A stretch of 63,660 nucleotides of DNA, taken from assembly GCF_000281045.1 (NCBI RefSeq), contig NW_008246094.1:312949-376608 (forward strand), in the 5' to 3' direction. This document shows positions 58,789 through 63,660 of the stretch, one piece after another (the stretch's first letter is position 1; each line of letters begins with the position of its first letter). Under the pieces are notes generated by a model. The model was not told the DNA's origin, made no database searches, and saw only the letters and a program-made list of their open reading frames with translations. The translations under genes and the position numbers were made by a program. This DNA is from Saprolegnia diclina VS20. Taxonomy: Eukaryota.

Positions 58789-59838
58789 CGTCGTCGGCGG
58801 GCTTCGGGTGCTTTGTCGTTATGATGCGAACACCTGAGTCGGCCGCCCAAAACCGGATCCTTCCGGATGACGAAACCACTTGGCCCAACTTCAACTTTGC
58901 CCTCAACATTTTGGCGCTGCGGGTGCGGCGGAACCAATTGCGCATATTTGGAGCTTGGTCAGCGAGCGTTCGGTTCCAAGCACTTGGTTCTTCTGCCTCT
59001 CGCGTGCCGTCGACAGCGCTTCGGATGCGACTCGAGCGAACGCAAAAAACCAAATATCCCGTGGACACACCACACCGTGGGATAAGCTTCAGATTGCTCA
59101 GCACGCAATCGTGCCGGTCGTTGCTCGATTATTAAACATCTCGGGACACAGTTTCGTGCTGTGGACAATCGCATCGACGGCGCTGTCTATGTGTTGCAGT
59201 CCAAATTTGTGTACGGCCCAAGGACGATGAAGCAGTGCATGCGCTCCCGATGAAGAGAGGCTCACGCAGCCGAGCCGGCTTCTCGAGAGAGTAGCCTTTC
59301 GTCCGTTGCCAAACAGGATCGTGGCGGCTGCGCACGTCTGGTCCTGTGAATCAAGTGCGGGAAAAACGCACCGACATCTCGCGACGTGTGACGCGGATGT
59401 GCTGGCATTATTTGGCGGCCAAAAGAGCCAATCAGAGACACGTCCAGAGAACGAGGGCAGCTGGCAGGTTCGGCGCGCCTTCCTTGCACGATGTCGGAAG
59501 CTCGGGACAAAGCGCGTTTCCGGGCCATCGCATCATCCGAGAACAAGGCTGCATCGCTTGCAACTGGGACTGGGACGTGTCGTCTTTCCACTTGATTCCA
59601 CTGGTGGTCTGGGCTGAGATGTAGCAGAGCCAGTAGACTACCGACTTGTATGAGGTTTCGCCCCAGCGCTGGGTGCACCATTGGGACGTTCGTCGACCGC
59701 AACCTCTTTGGTGTACGACGCGATACTGTCGCCACCTGCTTCTGCACAAGCCACACCAAAATGCATGACGAGTTTGCAGGGACTAGGACTTCCAGCGGTT
59801 CACAAATAAGCCTTATTTAGTAGTACTTGTACACACGG

Positions 59839-60774
59839 CTATGCCTGCAGTATACAGACTGCGAGAATGCTTAGTAGCATGGGTACGACGCTGGTATGGT
59901 ACGACGACGCAAGGGCATTCGACGGCTGCGTCGTGGGTGCGTTCGACTTGGGGCTTGGGCCTGCCTGACTGCCCACTGTTGCGGTTGTTGGGGCGACCGT
60001 GGGCCGTGCCGTTGTGGGGGGTGGTGTCGTCGTCGGCGCTGGCGTCTGTCGGTCCTTGGAGGCTTGGGAGCAGTAGACCTTGGTGCCAAAGAGATCTTTG
60101 ATCTGGCTGTTGAGGAGATCAATGCCTTTGGTCTGCAGGAATGAGCCCGCGGCGGTCTTGATGCCATCCTGCGCGGCCGTCGTCACGTCTTTGAGCTTGA
60201 TCGCTTTGCCGGCAACGGTGACTTGCACCGTCATCGGCGGCGTAATCTGCGCGTCCGAAAACACGACGTTGCGCACAAACGGGTACGTTTCGTTGCAGGT
60301 GGCGGACGCGGTCATCGTGACCGTCTTGTCGTTGCCGCAGCAGTACTTGGTGTTGTCGAGCACCATCGCGCACGCGTTGAAGAGACAGCCCTCGACGCGG
60401 AGGCTCATGGGCAGCTCCTTGAAGTTGACAACGACGTTGAGCGCCAAAGCGCCTGCGTCGTCGAACGACATGGCAAGGCTCGTCAAGCTCATCGTGTTGA
60501 TGCCCGAGATCCAGCGCGCAGTGACCTTGTACCAATCCGAAGACGTGTCTTCGTACAGATTGCCACCCGAGTCCATGCACGGTGTTGGCGGGCTCGCCGC
60601 GCCGCAGTTGCCAATGGTCGCGGGCAGTTGCGCAGCCGTGTAGTTGGCCAGAAGCGGCTTGTACGCATCCAGCAGCGTCGTTAGCACTTGCGGTAGCACG
60701 GGCGGTCCAAGGCCAAGGTCGGCGGGCGCGGCCAAAACAGCAGCGAGGCCGATAGCAGCAGCAAGCGGGCGCAT
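59839..60774 (-). CDS. Secreted, probably GPI-anchored Cys-containing surface protein (paralog A)
   Basis: Signal peptide, a domain shared with 61135..62007, Pro/Thr-rich stalk and hydrophobic C-terminus VVPMLLSILAVCILQA. Intronless. Confidence 0.85.
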   Translation of the reverse strand: MRPLAAAIGLAAVLAAPADLGLGPPVLPQVLTTLLDAYKPLLANYTAAQLPATIGNCGAASPPTPCMDSGGNLYEDTSSDWYKVTARWISGINTMSLTSLAMSFDDAGALALNVVVNFKELPMSLRVEGCLFNACAMVLDNTKYCCGNDKTVTMTASATCNETYPFVRNVVFSDAQITPPMTVQVTVAGKAIKLKDVTTAAQDGIKTAAGSFLQTKGIDLLNSQIKDLFGTKVYCSQASKDRQTPAPTTTPPPTTARPTVAPTTATVGSQAGPSPKSNAPTTQPSNALASSYHTSVVPMLLSILAVCILQA

Positions 60775-61134
60775 GTCGGACGGAAGACGAGAAATGGCTC
60801 CACAGTGTCAAACAGCTATGGTGCGACATCTGCGTATGCCCGGGGTCCGCGAATTTTAGCTCCTGAGCACTAAAATCACGCACATTTACATGGGAATGCG
60901 GGAATCGAGCTCTATTGGAATAGATGGCGGGTTGCGTGTTTTGCAGGACCGTTATTTCAAGGTGTCTATGACTCGATACTCCGGGGCACCGTGTCCATTG
61001 CACTTGCAATTCAGCACACGATCTCACCTCGATTTTTTTAATGCATACCTAAATCTACATCCATGTATGGGGAATAAAATATTTCGAATTAATGCGACCG
61101 TGACCAAAGTTGCATCCATTTCAACTTTGTCACG

Positions 61135-62007
61135 ATGCGACGAACGGCCATCGCCTGCCTCTTCAGCCTGGCAGCGCTCACGGACGCAGCCGCATTGCCG
61201 CCGATCCTGCCGCAAGCCCTCGGCGGCGCTATCGACGCCTTCAAGCCCGTCGTCGCAGCGTACGCAGCGAGCGCGCTCCCGGCGGCTATTGGCAACTGCT
61301 CGGCTGGCGCGCCCAAGCCGTGCGAGAACATTGGCGACTTGTACGCAACAACGACGAGCCTCTACAACTTGCGCGCGCGCTGGCTCGGCGGTCTCAACAC
61401 GCTTAGCCTCGACGCGCTCAGCGTGACGTCGGACGTCAACGGCAGCATCACGGCCGCCGCGACCGTGACGTTTGCATCGTTGCCAATGAGCCTCCAAGTG
61501 GACGCATGTCTGCCTGGCGTCGGTTGCAACCCACTGCTTGACAACACGGACACGTGCTGCGGCGGCCCCAAGACGATTCAAGTGACCGCGGTCGCCACGT
61601 GCAACGAGACGTTTCCGTTTCTGCGCAACGTGACGCTGACGCGCGTCCAGATTGCGCCGGCGCTCGAGATCAAGTACAATGTGAGCGGCAAGTCCGTGAC
61701 GCTCTTTGATGCGACGTCGCTTGTGCAGACGCAGATCGCGACGCAAGGCTCGGCGTTTCTCCAGGCCCAAGCCATGGGCCCGATCAACGACAAGATCAAG
61801 TCGTTCTTTGGCAGCACCATCTTTTGCACGCAAGAGTCGCAGCTGGCGTGGCTCGCAAAGAACCCGATCTCGAGCGGCAGCGGTGCAACGACCGCGCCGA
61901 AAACCACCAAGCCGTCGTCCAGTTCCGCGGCAAGTGCCCTGCGCTCGCCACTCGCTCTGCTCACAAGCCTTGCTGCTGTCGTCGTCGTACAGCTTAGTCC
62001 AGTGTAA
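61135..62007 (+). CDS. Secreted, probably GPI-anchored Cys-containing surface protein (paralog B)
   Basis: Signal peptide MRRTAIACLFSLAALTDA. Motifs IGNC, ARW.GLNT, LPMSL, LDNT..CCG and ATCNET.PF.RNV shared with paralog A. Ser/Thr stalk and hydrophobic tail. Inr-like CCATTTCAACTTTG at ~61116-61129. Confidence 0.85.
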   Translation: MRRTAIACLFSLAALTDAAALPPILPQALGGAIDAFKPVVAAYAASALPAAIGNCSAGAPKPCENIGDLYATTTSLYNLRARWLGGLNTLSLDALSVTSDVNGSITAAATVTFASLPMSLQVDACLPGVGCNPLLDNTDTCCGGPKTIQVTAVATCNETFPFLRNVTLTRVQIAPALEIKYNVSGKSVTLFDATSLVQTQIATQGSAFLQAQAMGPINDKIKSFFGSTIFCTQESQLAWLAKNPISSGSGATTAPKTTKPSSSSAASALRSPLALLTSLAAVVVVQLSPV

Positions 62008-62140
62008 AGTACTTCACTCGTAGTGCAAATCGCTTATACGTTATTGTGGGATTCAGTGAATACCAAGAGCAACGAAAGGTAGTCGATAAGCTCGAAAGGT
62101 ATGAAAACACAAGATTCTATTGGAGGGTTGATTTATCTAT

Positions 62141-63655
62141 CTATCGCCGGCGCGCAATCGTTGGTTCGACCTTGAGACCGAGGTTTGTAAGACCCATCAT
62201 GTTGATCGTGCGCTTTTGGAGCCCGGGTGTCGTCTTGAGGCCCGTCGCCTTGGCGTACGCGTCACCGAGTGCAACCAAATCCGGCTTGGTGAGCTTCAAG
62301 CGCTTGAGGTTCGAAACGTAAAAGCCGAGGAAGGCCTGGTACGCCTGCGCCGCCTTGGTCTTGAGCTCGTCGTTGCTTTCGATCTTGCCAAGAACCTTGT
62401 CGATGGCTGTCTTGGTCGTTGTGCCGCGGGGCTGGAAGGCGACCGTGTTGAGCGGGAGATCGTTGAGCTCTTTGAGCAGGTTCTTCTCAAAGTCGCAGAG
62501 GATGAGTGCGCCCTCGCCTTGCTTACCGGCGCGGCCCGTGCGCCCGACACGGTGGATGTACTGCTCCCGGTCCGTCAAGCCGACTTGGATCACGAGCGAA
62601 ACATCCGGGTAGTCGACACCGCGCGCCGAGACGTCGGACGAAAACATGATGAGCTTGTTCCCGGTACGGAATTGGTCGGCAGTCCTCGTCCGGAACGGCT
62701 GCGACTTGCGCGAGTGCATCTCGAGGATCGGGAATTTCGCAGCCTGGAAGATCGAGGCCATGTACCCCGCGGCGCGCGCGGTCGGGAAGAAGACGATGAC
62801 CTTGAACGCGTTCGGGTGCGCGTGGATGTGGGCCTTGAGCGCAGCCTCGATTGCGTGCAAATGGTCTTCCATGCGGCAGATGGTCACGGTCTGCGGCACG
62901 TGCGCGTTCGTTTGGTCCGTCTCGGTGCCCACCGTGTCGATAAACTTGTGGTCCTTCTTGAGCGCAAGGCGCTGGATCGACTCGAGCGACGCCGGGAGCG
63001 TCGCCGAGAACAAGATTGTTTGGCGCTTCGAGGGCAGAAACTTGAGAATCGCTTCAATGTCGTTGCGGAAGCCCATGTCGAGAAGCCGGTCGGCTTCGTC
63101 CAAGATGAGCATCTTTGTCTTTTGGAGTTTTGCGACGATGTTGCCGTGGTCGTTCTTGAGCAAGTCCTGGAGCCGCCCGGGCGTCGCGACGAGGATATCG
63201 ACGGGTGCCTTGAGCTTCTTGATATCGTGCTCGACGGATGTGCCACCGACAAAGCACTGCGTTTGGATCGTGTCATGGAACGTCGTGAGCTTCTTGGCTT
63301 CGGCGTCGATCTGCGAGGCAAGCTCGCGCGTCGGCGACAAGACAAGCGCCGAAATCGCGTTTGCTGGCCGCGGAGCCTTGGCGAGGACCTCTACCGTCGG
63401 CAAGAGAAAGGCCATTGTCTTACCCGAGCCCGTCTTGGACTTGGCGAGCACGTCATGGCCATCGAGAAGCACGGGCAGCGTTGCGTGCTGCACCTCGGTC
63501 ATAGTGTCGTAGCCCATGACGTCAGTGATCGCCTTGAGCGACGGCGACGAGATCGGCAGCGACGCATACTTGATGTCGCTCGAGATGGACGCAAAGCTCG
63601 AGGCGGACCGGCGACCAAGCCACGTACTAGTACGGCGAAGTTGGTGGAGCATCAT
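62141..63655 (-). CDS. MSS116: DEAD-box RNA helicase, Mss116-like, probably mitochondrial
   Basis: Arg/Ser-rich presequence-like N-terminus. Q motif, KTGSGKT, PTRELA, TPGRL, DEAD, SAT, SDVSARGVDYPDV and HRVGRTGRAG. C-terminal extension AYQAFLGFY. Confidence 0.88.
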   Translation of the reverse strand: MMLHQLRRTSTWLGRRSASSFASISSDIKYASLPISSPSLKAITDVMGYDTMTEVQHATLPVLLDGHDVLAKSKTGSGKTMAFLLPTVEVLAKAPRPANAISALVLSPTRELASQIDAEAKKLTTFHDTIQTQCFVGGTSVEHDIKKLKAPVDILVATPGRLQDLLKNDHGNIVAKLQKTKMLILDEADRLLDMGFRNDIEAILKFLPSKRQTILFSATLPASLESIQRLALKKDHKFIDTVGTETDQTNAHVPQTVTICRMEDHLHAIEAALKAHIHAHPNAFKVIVFFPTARAAGYMASIFQAAKFPILEMHSRKSQPFRTRTADQFRTGNKLIMFSSDVSARGVDYPDVSLVIQVGLTDREQYIHRVGRTGRAGKQGEGALILCDFEKNLLKELNDLPLNTVAFQPRGTTTKTAIDKVLGKIESNDELKTKAAQAYQAFLGFYVSNLKRLKLTKPDLVALGDAYAKATGLKTTPGLQKRTINMMGLTNLGLKVEPTIARRR

Positions 63656-63660
63656 GTTGC

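Overview
Gene-dense, GC-rich eukaryotic genomic DNA. Most genes are broken by short (~35-55 nt) introns, mostly GT-AG with at least two GC-AG. The intron style, a disintegrin-repeat surface protein and an Inr+FPR-like promoter element point to an oomycete, probably Saprolegniales (inference). About 22 protein-coding genes can be modelled by hand. Housekeeping genes: Derlin, a METTL21-type methyltransferase, RPB3, ATG14-like, CHTOP-like, AP-4 epsilon, TAF9, an FKBP-type TPR protein and an Mss116-like DEAD-box helicase. Large or structural genes: a ~19.5 kb multidomain HECT E3 ligase and two tandem coiled-coil genes, one with LRR plus Sfi1-like repeats. Secreted or surface proteins: a PAN/apple protein, a disintegrin-repeat protein and a head-to-head pair of GPI-type paralogs. 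There is also a frameshifted SET-domain pseudogene fragment. The most unusual items are an Akt-like kinase with a SnoaL/NTF2-like domain inserted between its PH and kinase domains, an HSF-family factor with two DNA-binding domains and no obvious trimerisation coil, the E3 ligase domain mosaic, and an SGNH-fold protein lacking its catalytic Ser. No rRNA, tRNA, CRISPR array or intact transposon was recognised. All domain calls are from motif recognition by eye and all exon boundaries are manual; no database search was run.
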